Of a stretch of 64,000 bases of DNA, positions 20,511 through 30,126 are shown one piece after another. Source of the stretch: Bacteroidota bacterium. Lineage in GTDB: Bacteria > Bacteroidota > Ignavibacteria > Kryptoniales > JAKASW01. Positions within the stretch are counted from its first letter, which is position 1. Every line of letters starts with the position of its first letter. The notes beneath the pieces are model-generated. The model worked only from the letters and a program-made list of their open reading frames with translations. It did no database searches and was not told the DNA's origin. The stretch is taken from positions 53,513-117,512 of the forward strand of contig JAKAGT010000008.1 in assembly GCA_021825585.1 (NCBI GenBank), written 5' to 3'. The position numbers and the translations under genes are program-made.

Positions 20511-22650
20511 ATGATTCGCGCCTGTTCAGAAGAAACACGCTGTTCAGGAGAGGAGACACAGAAGTATCTTCCGGTTGAGCGGCTACACGCCATGATTTCA
20601 CAAAATGAGAGTGGTCTCCTTTAACAGTGTAAAGCAAAACGGAACTGTCGGCATTGTTGAAATAAGTCACATAGTATGTCGAATCGTAAGATGTTATTCC
20701 GAGTGTGGCAAGTCCGGAGTTGCTGAATGGTATCTGGCTAATCGTATCCAGGACGACTCGTCCCGGACCGGTTAAAGACAGCTCGAACAAATTGAGAGTG
20801 TCGAGGCATTTCGAAGCAAAAATAGGCAGTCCACCGATCGAATTTCTTACGAACTTCGCATCCGATGCGCGCACAGGCAAGGTGAACGTCTTGTCGTCAG
20901 GAAAGCTGGAGCATGAGAGGCTCAGAGTGTCGGCGGTCACCCTCCATACCCGCAGGAAGGAAAGTGTCGGTTGGATCGTAATAGCAGACGCGAGATAGCT
21001 GCGTTTCTCATCGACCGAATAGTCATTCTCGATGAACTCATTCTTCCCTTTCAGTGAGCTGAAAACTGATATGCCGATTGTGCTGTCGGGATGTATCCGG
21101 TACGCTGCGGCGATAACGGACGAATCACTGAATGACACGCCGGTAGTTGCAAACGGCAAGAATGCGGTCTGTGCCGTTGAAATCCCGACACCCCTGGCTG
21201 ACCTGGTCACAGAGTACAGGCTTATCATATCGGCGTTATTATACGTTACCAATAGGCGGGGCGGCACACGCGGTGGTGAAATCAATTCTGTCAGATTCGG
21301 AGTTCCTTCGGACTGCCAATCGACAGCCGAATTTGCGCCGGAGCTGAAGGATCCCCTGAAAAATCTCGCATTTATCCTGCCGGAGGCGCTGCCGACTACC
21401 AGGTAACTGGAAGTATCCGTCCCGCAAACCGACATGAACTCAGGGTGAGAGCTGACCGGGACCAGGAAGTCAGGCGCCTTGTTGAACAGGACCCTGCTCT
21501 TCAAGACCTTTATGTACTTCTCTGTAGGACTCGATGCAACGAGGTCGGCACTCTTCCGATGCGGGAAATGGAACGGGACTATGTCATCGTAGTCATCGCC
21601 AACTCCGACTGCGCCTGCGTAGTGAAAGGACCTGGTCAAAGTATCAAACGAAAACACGGTAATGTCTTTTGTGAGCTCGCTTAGTGCCGCTATGTCAGCT
21701 GTTCCGTCCCCCTTGAAATCCGCGATTGCGAATTTTGAAATAGGGCCCATGGTCTTCAGCGTCTGACGCAGGTAGAACCTTCCTGAGCCGTCGCCGGTGT
21801 ATATATCGATTCTGTTCAAACGCTTGTATCCCAGAACTATATCGACGTAGCCGTTCCCGTTCAGATCGGCAACAGCCAGGGTCGAAGGCTCGGCGGTGAG
21901 CTTGAACGAAACAGGCGGCGCAAATGATCCGTCGCCTCTGCCATAAAATATCATGAGCCTGTGATTCACCCAGTCGAGCGCTGCGATATCGGGGACGAGG
22001 TCCCCATTAAAATCGGTAAGAACAACATCGCTGAACGGTATGTTACCCAGGGGTCCTTTGAGCTGATGAGTCTCGACGAACTGCCCGTTGCCCAGATTAT
22101 CGGCGATGGAGACCCCGAGTGAAAATCTGCCGAATGTAACCATATCAAGGCGGCCCGAAGCCTCGAGATCGGCGGTTCTGATCTTCGTGCTGTACTGGTC
22201 TGTCTTCACCACCTTAGATATGATCGGCTGACCATTACTACCGAAAGATATCAGTTCAACATAGTGAGACTTCATGAGTACGGCGAGTTTCGACCATGGA
22301 TCGGCAACCGTGCTTTTCCCGATAAACACTTCCTTGCCGGCGGAAATCGCGATTGCGGTGTCCGGCAGATTGACCACGTCGGTAAGGATGAGATTTTCCG
22401 AAGAGTCCGGCTCGAAGAAGTAAATGGCTTTTTCCGACTCTGCTATTGCCGCAATGCCGGTTTTCCCGAAAAAATTCCCGACGACCATTTCTCCCAGCGG
22501 GGCTATCGTCGCCTGCATTTCGACGGACTTGAAAATCGGGTCATAAACCTGCGCCTGGCTGATGCGAGCCAGGTTCATGAAGAATATCAGTTGAATTACC
22601 GACCGTCTAAACAATTGAGTTGGCTCAAAACTGGAACAACCGTCATCCAC
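20488..22650 (-). CDS. FG-GAP/VCBS repeat protein
   Basis: Repeats DFNGDLVPDIA, DLNGNGYVDIV, DFKGDGTADIA, GRGDGSF. Confidence 0.75.
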   Translation of the reverse strand: MDDGCSSFEPTQLFRRSVIQLIFFMNLARISQAQVYDPIFKSVEMQATIAPLGEMVVGNFFGKTGIAAIAESEKAIYFFEPDSSENLILTDVVNLPDTAIAISAGKEVFIGKSTVADPWSKLAVLMKSHYVELISFGSNGQPIISKVVKTDQYSTKIRTADLEASGRLDMVTFGRFSLGVSIADNLGNGQFVETHQLKGPLGNIPFSDVVLTDFNGDLVPDIAALDWVNHRLMIFYGRGDGSFAPPVSFKLTAEPSTLAVADLNGNGYVDIVLGYKRLNRIDIYTGDGSGRFYLRQTLKTMGPISKFAIADFKGDGTADIAALSELTKDITVFSFDTLTRSFHYAGAVGVGDDYDDIVPFHFPHRKSADLVASSPTEKYIKVLKSRVLFNKAPDFLVPVSSHPEFMSVCGTDTSSYLVVGSASGRINARFFRGSFSSGANSAVDWQSEGTPNLTELISPPRVPPRLLVTYNNADMISLYSVTRSARGVGISTAQTAFLPFATTGVSFSDSSVIAAAYRIHPDSTIGISVFSSLKGKNEFIENDYSVDEKRSYLASAITIQPTLSFLRVWRVTADTLSLSCSSFPDDKTFTLPVRASDAKFVRNSIGGLPIFASKCLDTLNLFELSLTGPGRVVLDTISQIPFSNSGLATLGITSYDSTYYVTYFNNADSSVLLYTVKGDHSHFVKSWRVAAQPEDTSVSPLLNSVFLLNRRESYVSIHYF

Positions 22651-22658
22651 TTAAAGGG

Positions 22659-23186
22659 TCATTCCTGTCTGCTGGTTGCCTCCGACCATATCCTTCTGGT
22701 TTCCTCACGATGCCTCAGACGCTGTTCTCGCCTGAACAATGCCTGTTCAAATCGTCTTACTTCGTCCTGAGATTCGGGAAGCACATGTCTCGCCGTCACC
22801 GGCTTACCCGTCGTATCTATACTCACGAAGGTTAGATAAGCCGAATTAGAATGCTTCCTTTCCCCAGTCAGCGAATTTTCAGAAAACACTTTGACCCCTA
22901 CTTCCATCGACGTGTTAAACACTCTGTTTACGCTCGCGCGAAGAATTACGAGCTCACCGAGTTTTATAGGGTGCAGGAAACTGATCTCATCTACGGCTGC
23001 CGTTACGCAAACGTGGTTTGAATGCCGCGTCGCCGCCATGGCTGCCGCTATGTCTATCCAGTGCATCAGCCTCCCGCCGAGCAGGTTACCGAGCTGGTTT
23101 GTATCGTTGGGGAGGACGAGCTCAACCATCTCAACGTGAGATTGCTGTACCGGTCTGCCGTCCCCTTTTACCTCTTCACTATTCAA
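22659..23186 (-). CDS. Acyl-CoA thioesterase (hotdog fold, YciA-like)
   Basis: LPNDTNQLGNLLGG, VTAAVD, TSMEVGV. Confidence 0.9.
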   Translation of the reverse strand: MNSEEVKGDGRPVQQSHVEMVELVLPNDTNQLGNLLGGRLMHWIDIAAAMAATRHSNHVCVTAAVDEISFLHPIKLGELVILRASVNRVFNTSMEVGVKVFSENSLTGERKHSNSAYLTFVSIDTTGKPVTARHVLPESQDEVRRFEQALFRREQRLRHREETRRIWSEATSRQE

Positions 23187-23228
23187 AGCCGTGCCTTCTT
23201 CTATTCCCGTCTTTCCCGCAAGTGATCT

Positions 23229-24011
23229 CTAGTTTACCGCCGACCCGCCGCCCGGATGCACATCGAGCTTCTCGGCAAGTTTGTTAGCCTCGGAAGTCTC
23301 CGACGATTTCGGATACGCGGCATAGAATTTCTGAAGCGCCTCCCGCGCCTCCTTCTCCTTGTGGCGCTTGATCAGGACCTTCACCTTCCCAAGGGCAGCC
23401 TTGTCCGCTACATCCGAATCATGGTACTTTTCCAAAACTACGTCGTAATACACCGTCGCAGCCCTGTAATATCCCATAGCAACGTAGAGTTGCGCAATTT
23501 CATAATCCTTTTGGGCGAGCTTATTCCTCAGTTTCGTAATCTCGTCACCTGCCTTCGTCACCAGCGAACTCTCCGGATAGTAGTCGATGAAACTCTGAAA
23601 TGCGTTTATCGCCTTCGTCGTGTTATCCTGATCCAATTGGACACGTGGAGACTGGGCGGCATAACATTGGGCGATCTTGAACCGGGCCTCCGGCGTCAAT
23701 TTTGAAGACGGATAATTGTGGTACAAATTGCCGAATTCGAAGGCCGCAGTGATGTATTCGCCTAAGTTATAGTATGACTGTGCAAGGTAGAACTGTGCGC
23801 TGTCCGCGTACGCACTCGCCGGATACTGCTTGACGACGATGTCGAACGTGTTCTTCGCGTCGATGTAGTCTTTTTTATCCAGCAGCGCCATACCGCGGTG
23901 AAAGGTCTCGGCGGCTCCCTGAATGACAAGCTCCTGAGTTGAAGAACATGACTCAATAAACAATGAAAGACCAGCCAGACTTACGACAATTAACAGCAAT
24001 CTTAATTTCAT
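23229..24011 (-). CDS. bamD: Outer membrane protein assembly factor BamD
   Basis: Lipoprotein Cys; YPAS/YPSS TPRs; SPRVQLDQ..T..A; LRNKLAQKDYEIA..Y...GYYRAA. Confidence 0.88.
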   Translation of the reverse strand: MKLRLLLIVVSLAGLSLFIESCSSTQELVIQGAAETFHRGMALLDKKDYIDAKNTFDIVVKQYPASAYADSAQFYLAQSYYNLGEYITAAFEFGNLYHNYPSSKLTPEARFKIAQCYAAQSPRVQLDQDNTTKAINAFQSFIDYYPESSLVTKAGDEITKLRNKLAQKDYEIAQLYVAMGYYRAATVYYDVVLEKYHDSDVADKAALGKVKVLIKRHKEKEAREALQKFYAAYPKSSETSEANKLAEKLDVHPGGGSAVN

Positions 24012-24626
24012 TCAAGGACCTCTTAATGTGAAAAAGAGATAAACGACTATTGCGGCCGACGCCACAAACAGCAAAGGCTGCAGCATCGTATCTATGAAAC
24101 TTCCGGTCAGAACCTTGCCTCGGAGAAAGTTATACGAGCCGGACTCCAGAGCAGAAATCTGACTTTCCTTGACCGTGTCCGAATAGACATACGAGTAAGA
24201 CTTCGCAAACCTCACCTGTCCGCGGTCCGCGATTTCCACATCGTAGGCGGACCTGATGGTGCGTATGACATCCGAAGCTCCGAAAATGTGCGAAGTTACC
24301 GGCGCGGAGTAGGAGACGCCGATAAGCGGGACTGTGACCCGAAGCAAGGGGACCGCGGACGAATCGGTCGTAACGACATGAAAACTATTCTTCAGCAATG
24401 CCTCAGTAATCTTCAGGTGGACGAGGACATCGACGTCCCGTGAACCGGATTTTAGATAAACTAGTTTAACATCCTGGCTTGCAAGCACCTTCATTGCAGA
24501 CAGCGACAGCGTATCGACTTGCGCGCAAAACACCTCGTAATTAGTCAGCTCCCTGGACTGCGAAACGTTGTTTGCCAGAAGTAAAATGACAATTGCGAAG
24601 GTTCCTGAACAAGTAGGATACCTCAT
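24012..24626 (-). CDS. Hypothetical exported protein with C-terminal TM anchor
   Basis: Signal-like N-terminus; hydrophobic tail ending VYLFFTLRG; tightly packed between gdh and bamD. Confidence 0.65.
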   Translation of the reverse strand: MRYPTCSGTFAIVILLLANNVSQSRELTNYEVFCAQVDTLSLSAMKVLASQDVKLVYLKSGSRDVDVLVHLKITEALLKNSFHVVTTDSSAVPLLRVTVPLIGVSYSAPVTSHIFGASDVIRTIRSAYDVEIADRGQVRFAKSYSYVYSDTVKESQISALESGSYNFLRGKVLTGSFIDTMLQPLLFVASAAIVVYLFFTLRGP

Positions 24627-25909
24627 TACGCATAAATTCCGCGTACCTTGAGGGTTTTCGCGACCTTGTCGATGGCGAGAATGTAAGCACCAAGTCTCAT
24701 GGAGACGTTGTACTTCTCCGCCGTGCGGAACACGTTTGTAAATGCCTCGTGCATCATTCTCTCAAGACGGCGATTGACCCTTTCAAGTGACCAGAAGTAA
24801 CCCTGCCGATCCTGCACCCATTCGAAGTAGCTGACAGTGACGCCTCCCGAATTAGCAAGTATATCCGGCACGACGAGTACTCCCTTGCTGTCCAGAATGG
24901 GATCAGCCTTAGCGGTAGTCGGTCCGTTTGCACCTTCGACGATTATCTTTGCCTTTAACCTGGACGCATTCTTTGCCGTGATCTGGTCTTCTTTTGCGGC
25001 CGGCACTAGAACGTCGACATCCAGCTCGAGCAGCTCGTCGTTCGTCAGCGAATCACCGATCTCACTTCCTTCGAGGGTCCGGTGTTTTTGTACCCATTCC
25101 ATTGCCCGGGTTACATCAATTCCTTTCTTGTTGTAATATCCTCCGCTGACATCACTGACCGCCACGACCTTTATGCCCTGTTCTCCCAACAGCTTCGCAG
25201 AAACGGATCCCACGTTACCGAATCCCTGGACAGCACAACTCGATTGTTTTGCATTCATTCCGCGTTTCGCGAGTGCGGCCAAGGTCGAGACAGTCACGCC
25301 GCGTCCTGTTGCCTCACGCCTTCCCAGAGAGCCCCCGATGATGAGCGGCTTTCCGGTTACGACGGCGTTCTCGGTTCGGCGGGTGTGCATGCTATAGGTG
25401 TCCATTATCCACGCCATTATTTGCTCATTCGTGTTCATATCCGGCGCGGGGATGTCCTTGTCGGGACCGAAGACATCAAGCATGTTTGCCGTAAACCGGC
25501 GTGTAATTTTCTCAAGCTCGACCTGCGTTAGCCTAGCCGGGTCACACTTCACTCCCCCCTTCGCACCTCCGAACGGGATGTTCGCAATGGAGCACTTCCA
25601 TGTCATCCACGCTGCGAGCGCCTTGATCTCGTCCAGCGTAATATCGGGGGCATAACGGATGCCGCCTTTGGAGGGTCCAAGAGCATCATTATGAATCACG
25701 CGGTATCCCTCGAACACCTCGATTTCCCCGTTGTCCATCTGAATCGGGATGGAAACCGTCACCTGCTTTACCGGGGTCTTCAAGTATTCGTAGACCCCGC
25801 GTTCGAGTTCCAACATCTCAGCGGCGATATCGAACCGCTGCATCATCGACTCGAACGGATTCTCCTTGTCCGCTATAGGAGCCGGCTCCTTATAAACGAC
25901 AGTGTCCAT
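24626..25909 (-). CDS. gdhA: Glu/Leu/Phe/Val dehydrogenase (glutamate dehydrogenase)
   Basis: GPSKGGIRY, MTWKC, GGAKGG, DIPAPD, ATGRG, GFGNVG, EGANGP, GGVTVSYFEW. Confidence 0.93.
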   Translation of the reverse strand: MDTVVYKEPAPIADKENPFESMMQRFDIAAEMLELERGVYEYLKTPVKQVTVSIPIQMDNGEIEVFEGYRVIHNDALGPSKGGIRYAPDITLDEIKALAAWMTWKCSIANIPFGGAKGGVKCDPARLTQVELEKITRRFTANMLDVFGPDKDIPAPDMNTNEQIMAWIMDTYSMHTRRTENAVVTGKPLIIGGSLGRREATGRGVTVSTLAALAKRGMNAKQSSCAVQGFGNVGSVSAKLLGEQGIKVVAVSDVSGGYYNKKGIDVTRAMEWVQKHRTLEGSEIGDSLTNDELLELDVDVLVPAAKEDQITAKNASRLKAKIIVEGANGPTTAKADPILDSKGVLVVPDILANSGGVTVSYFEWVQDRQGYFWSLERVNRRLERMMHEAFTNVFRTAEKYNVSMRLGAYILAIDKVAKTLKVRGIYA

Positions 25910-25923
25910 AGATCTCCTGAATG

Positions 25924-26787
25924 TTAGTAGAGGTCCCTGCCAGCAGCAAAAGCTTCAAGCCTGGCAATACGCTCCTCTGTTGGAGGATGCGTGCTGAAGA
26001 GTCTTGCAAATCTTTGTGCGTTCAACGGGTTTACTATGAAAAGATGCGCTGTCGAGGGACTCGCCTGCATCGGCAGCCGCTCGGCACCTGCCTGTAATTT
26101 TCGCAGCGCACTCGCCAATGAGAGCGGCTTCCTCGAGAGCTGAGCCCCGCCTTCGTCCGCCTTGTATTCGCGTGATCGTGAGACGGCCATTTGAATCAAC
26201 ATTGCCGCTATCGGAGCGACGATTATGACAAGAAGCTCGCCCAAGAGAGAAGAGGAATCGTCATCCCTTCCCCTGCCGCCGCCGAAGAACAACATCGACC
26301 AGCTCAGCATCTGTGCGGTGTATGCAATAGCGGTCGCAAAAGTGGCGACGATCGTCGACACCAGAATGTCCCGGTGAATTACGTGTGAGAGCTCGTGTCC
26401 GATAACTGCTTCCAACTCGTCGTCACTTAGCATCGGAAGTATGCCTTCTGTCACCGCGACTGCCGCGTGCTGAGGACTTCTTCCTGTGGCAAAAGCATTG
26501 GGAGTTTGCGTCGGGACAATATACAGCTTAGGCATCGGTATGTCTGCGCTGGCTGCAAGGCGATGAACTATGGCGTAAAGTTTGGGCGCTTCAGCCTCAG
26601 TCACCTCTTTGGCATGGTAGCTTCTCAGCACCATTTTGTCTGAGAACCAGTAGGCAAAGAAGTTCATTACCAGGCTGAAAAAGAATGCATAGGTGAGACC
26701 AGTTCTTCCACCAATCAAATTTCCAATAAAAAGGAAAAGAACCATCATCAATGTCATAAAGAACACCGTTTTCAGAGTATTCTTCAT
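25924..26787 (-). CDS. htpX: Zinc metalloprotease HtpX
   Basis: PNAFATGR, HELSH, SRSREYKAD, STHPP. Confidence 0.95.
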   Translation of the reverse strand: MKNTLKTVFFMTLMMVLFLFIGNLIGGRTGLTYAFFFSLVMNFFAYWFSDKMVLRSYHAKEVTEAEAPKLYAIVHRLAASADIPMPKLYIVPTQTPNAFATGRSPQHAAVAVTEGILPMLSDDELEAVIGHELSHVIHRDILVSTIVATFATAIAYTAQMLSWSMLFFGGGRGRDDDSSSLLGELLVIIVAPIAAMLIQMAVSRSREYKADEGGAQLSRKPLSLASALRKLQAGAERLPMQASPSTAHLFIVNPLNAQRFARLFSTHPPTEERIARLEAFAAGRDLY

Positions 26788-26813
26788 AGTTACAAATCCT
26801 CCTTTAGTGGACT

Positions 26814-26842
26814 AATTTATCAAGCCAATTTTCGACTTGCAA
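26814..26842 (-). promoter_or_regulatory. Promoter of the htpX operon
   Basis: TTGCAA-17bp-TAAATT, then AGGAGG SD. Confidence 0.6.
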
Positions 26843-26986
26843 GGCAGTGAAACCGGCTTAAGCCACCCTGGGAAAGTTAATTATGGAAATTGCCTAAACC
26901 TTAACGTCTGTTTTTTAGGGGGATAGTTAATCAGCAGTACGGGAAGACTACCATGTTTTCCGAAAGAAGACAGCGGATCCACGGCC

Positions 26987-27829
26987 CTAATAGCCGAGAG
27001 CCTTTAGGTGGGCCGCGAGGAGCTCCGGATTTTCATCCAGGAAATGGCGAGCGAACAGGCGGGCGCGGTCGACCTCCTCCAAATCGATTTGAGAGTAAAT
27101 GATATCCTCATCGAATATCTTCGCCGACGCAGTGACCTCGCCGTGAGGAGAAACAATTTCCGAACCTCCCCAAAAATTTACGCCGTCTTCAAACCCCACG
27201 CGCCCTGCGTAAGCAATGTAGACACTCAGGAGCCGCGCGAAACTCCTGTGCTGTTCCGAATTTACCTGGTGACCCGGATGCTCGCTTGCGTTGCCCGACA
27301 GTCGAGTCGGACTCGCGGCGGACGCCAATATGATTCTTGCGCCTTGAATTGCCAGAAGGTAAGGCAACGATACGTGCCACAAGTCCTCGCAAATCAGCAT
27401 TCCGAGCCTGCCGAACTTTGTGTCGATCGCCTGCACACTCTTACCCGGGAGGAAATATCTCTGTTCCTCAAATATCCCATAAGTGGGCAAATACACCTTG
27501 TAATGAACGTGCTTAACGACACCGTCTTCAAAATAGACAAGGCTGTTTCTGATGCCACCCGATTCGTCTCTGATTACCGCACCCGACGCGACAGAGATTC
27601 TTTTGCTCAGTGTTTTCAACGGATCGAAGAACTTGTCGCCGGCCTTTAGTGCAACTTCTGAATTCAGATCTCTGACCGAATAACCCGTCAGGCTTAGCTC
27701 CGGAAAAAGGATAATGTTCGCGCCCTTCTCGAGAGCCTTTTCAGCTATCTCAAGATGGTTGTTCAGATTCCATTTCAGATCACCGAGCCGGGGTTTTGTC
27801 TGCCCTACCGCCAGAGTGAATTTTTCCAA
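26987..27829 (-). CDS. Nitrilase-family C-N hydrolase, similar to the NAD synthetase glutaminase domain
   Basis: FPELSLTGY, HYKVYLPTYGIFEEQRYF, ICEDLW (E-K-C triad). Confidence 0.8.
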   Translation of the reverse strand: MEKFTLAVGQTKPRLGDLKWNLNNHLEIAEKALEKGANIILFPELSLTGYSVRDLNSEVALKAGDKFFDPLKTLSKRISVASGAVIRDESGGIRNSLVYFEDGVVKHVHYKVYLPTYGIFEEQRYFLPGKSVQAIDTKFGRLGMLICEDLWHVSLPYLLAIQGARIILASAASPTRLSGNASEHPGHQVNSEQHRSFARLLSVYIAYAGRVGFEDGVNFWGGSEIVSPHGEVTASAKIFDEDIIYSQIDLEEVDRARLFARHFLDENPELLAAHLKALGY

Positions 27830-27833
27830 GATC

Positions 27834-28283
27834 TTATTCCTCTATGATATCGTTGGGAAGCTCGTCCGGATTTTTGCCTGTTTGCGGCAACTTCTGTTCA
27901 AGGATTTCCCCTATCTCCTGTAACGACATTCTTAAGCCGTGATAAAAATTCTGCTTTGAAAAATGTTCCGACAATTTTCCGGCAATACCTGCCCAGTATT
28001 CGTTCGGGAGGACCTTAAGAATTCCACTATCCGCCAGGAGTTCGAATTGTCTTTCGCTAACCAGTATGAACACCAGAATGCCCATCCCCCCTTCAGTCTT
28101 GGCCATCCCCAGCGACACAAACTCGCGGTGGGCAACCTGACGGGGAGTAAGTTTCCGCTCGCTCCAATGCTTTCTGTGACGCACCACCACGCGAATCTCG
28201 GCAGAGGTCTTCTTCTCTATTTCACTGATCTGGCTGCTGAGCTGGTGAAGCTCCTGTTTACTAAGAATTCTGTGTTGTATCAT
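27834..28283 (-). CDS. TPM domain protein (short type)
   Basis: EKKTSAEIRV, A..EF..LGM.KT, GILVFI, LLADSGI. Confidence 0.85.
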   Translation of the reverse strand: MIQHRILSKQELHQLSSQISEIEKKTSAEIRVVVRHRKHWSERKLTPRQVAHREFVSLGMAKTEGGMGILVFILVSERQFELLADSGILKVLPNEYWAGIAGKLSEHFSKQNFYHGLRMSLQEIGEILEQKLPQTGKNPDELPNDIIEE

Positions 28284-29299
28284 TAGTTCAGACTCTTCTC
28301 TATTGCGGGCAACATTTTTCTGAGGTTTTCCACGAGTTGTGCAAACGTCTCGGGCCGGAGCGACTGCTTTCCGTCGGAAAGCGCCTTTTCAGGATGCGGG
28401 TGGACTTCGATCATCAAGCCGTCGGCGCCGGCAGCGACTGCCGCCAATGCCATCGGCGAAACCAGCTCCCAGTTTCCTGTGCCATGACTCGGGTCGACTA
28501 CTATCGGAAGATGGGACAGTCCCTTGACTAGCGGGACTGCGTTGAGGTCAAGCGTATTTCTCGTGTAAGTTTCGAACGTTCTGATGCCTCTTTCGCAGAG
28601 GACTATATTGTAGTTGCCCTGTGATGCGATATACTCCGCTGCCATGAGCCATTCTTCGATCGTCGCCGCCAGACCGCGCTTAAGGAGGACAGGCTTTCGC
28701 GTTCTCCCCACGGCTTCCAGGAGAGAGAAATTATGCATGTTTCTGGCTCCGATCTGCAGCATATCCGAATACTCGCTCACGAGAGCGATCGTCTCCGTAT
28801 CTTTGACTTCGGTGACGACACTCATGCCGTATTTTTCTGCTGCCTCGCGGAGATACTTAAGTCCCTCTTCCTTCAGTCCCTGAAATGCATAAGGCGAAGT
28901 CCGTGGCTTGTACGCACCGCCCCGGAGAATCTGGGCGCCCTGCGACTTCACGAATTCCGCGATCTCCATGATTTGAGCCCTGCTCTCAATTGAACATGGC
29001 CCCGCCATTATTGCCAATTCTCTCCCCCCAATGCGCACGTTATTAAGCTGGACGACGGTCTTTTCCGGCTTAACATCGCGGCTCACAAGTTTGTAGGGTT
29101 TGCTTACCGGGATGCATTCGACGACTCCGGGAAGATTGGCGAACAACGACTGATCGACAGCCCCTTTGTTTCCGGTGATGCCGATCGCGATTCGCAGAGA
29201 ACCGGGTATCTCGTGCGGCGTCCATCCCATCGAGTAAATCTTCTGCTCGACAATCTCGATCTGTTCGTCCGTCGCGTTCTTGTCCAATATGATGAGCAT
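28283..29299 (-). CDS. aroF: DAHP synthase type Ibeta with N-terminal ACT-like domain
   Basis: [40 protein letters not shown]. Confidence 0.93.
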   Translation of the reverse strand: MLIILDKNATDEQIEIVEQKIYSMGWTPHEIPGSLRIAIGITGNKGAVDQSLFANLPGVVECIPVSKPYKLVSRDVKPEKTVVQLNNVRIGGRELAIMAGPCSIESRAQIMEIAEFVKSQGAQILRGGAYKPRTSPYAFQGLKEEGLKYLREAAEKYGMSVVTEVKDTETIALVSEYSDMLQIGARNMHNFSLLEAVGRTRKPVLLKRGLAATIEEWLMAAEYIASQGNYNIVLCERGIRTFETYTRNTLDLNAVPLVKGLSHLPIVVDPSHGTGNWELVSPMALAAVAAGADGLMIEVHPHPEKALSDGKQSLRPETFAQLVENLRKMLPAIEKSLN

Positions 29300-29319
29300 A
29301 TAAACCTTTTAGCGAGTTT

Positions 29320-30126
29320 TCACCAACTGCCGCCTGCACCGCCGCCGCCGAAACCACCGCCACCGCCGCTAAAGCCGCCGAAACCGCCTCCGCCGCCCCC
29401 ACCGAAGCCGCCGAATCCACCACCGCCAAATCCCCCGCCGCCGAATCCTCCGAATGGCGGAAAGAACCACCAGCCGCTGCTTGCGCCGCGGGATGAAGCC
29501 GAATAGCGCCTGTTGCTGAATAACATCGGAATAAGGAACATGACGGCAAATATAACCAAGAACGGAATTGGATTTCCTCCGCCTCCATGTTCCTTCTTCA
29601 GGTTCGCATGGAAGGTCCCGCCTATGAGTGCCGCAAGAGCAGTGACGCCTTTGTTAATCCCGTCGTAGTAGTCGTTCTGCTTGAATTCGGGGATAACTAT
29701 TTCGTTCAGGATATAACTCGAGTAAGCATCGGTAACAACGCCTTCGAGTCCATACCCGACCTGAATGCGCGCTTTGTGGTCGCCGACATCTACGGCAAAA
29801 AGCAAACCGTTGTCCTTGCCCTTCTGCCCGATCTTGTTCTTTTCGGCGACCGACATCGAGTAATCGAAGAGATCCCCGCCGGGGACCGAATTGACGATGA
29901 GAACGACGATCTGAGTTGAAGTCGTATCCTGGTACGTTCTCAGCCGCGCATTGAGTGTGGCAATCTGATCTGAAGTAAGAACTCCAGCCTGGTCGGTCAC
30001 GAATTGCGTCAGGGCAGGTACGCTGCTTGAAGTATCAGACGATGATTGTCCGAAAGCAATTTGCGACATCCCGACGGCAGCCAGGACGACCAGCAGGAGC
30101 AATCTAGAACTGTTTATGCGGCGCAT
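29320..30126 (-). CDS. TPM domain protein with Gly-rich tail (YgcG-like)
   Basis: VTDQAGVL, GQKGKDNG, IQVGYGLEG, C-terminal FGGGG...GAGGSW. Confidence 0.9.
   Translation of the reverse strand: MRRINSSRLLLLVVLAAVGMSQIAFGQSSSDTSSSVPALTQFVTDQAGVLTSDQIATLNARLRTYQDTTSTQIVVLIVNSVPGGDLFDYSMSVAEKNKIGQKGKDNGLLFAVDVGDHKARIQVGYGLEGVVTDAYSSYILNEIVIPEFKQNDYYDGINKGVTALAALIGGTFHANLKKEHGGGGNPIPFLVIFAVMFLIPMLFSNRRYSASSRGASSGWWFFPPFGGFGGGGFGGGGFGGFGGGGGGGFGGFSGGGGGFGGGGAGGSW
29323..29460 (-). repeat. Low-complexity Gly/Phe-coding tract
   Basis: GGC/GGT-rich run encoding (FGGGG)n at the TPM protein C-terminus. Confidence 0.7.

Noticed and set aside
29213-29506. Proline-rich plus-strand ORF and repeat
   Set aside because: Antisense of the Gly-rich TPM tail
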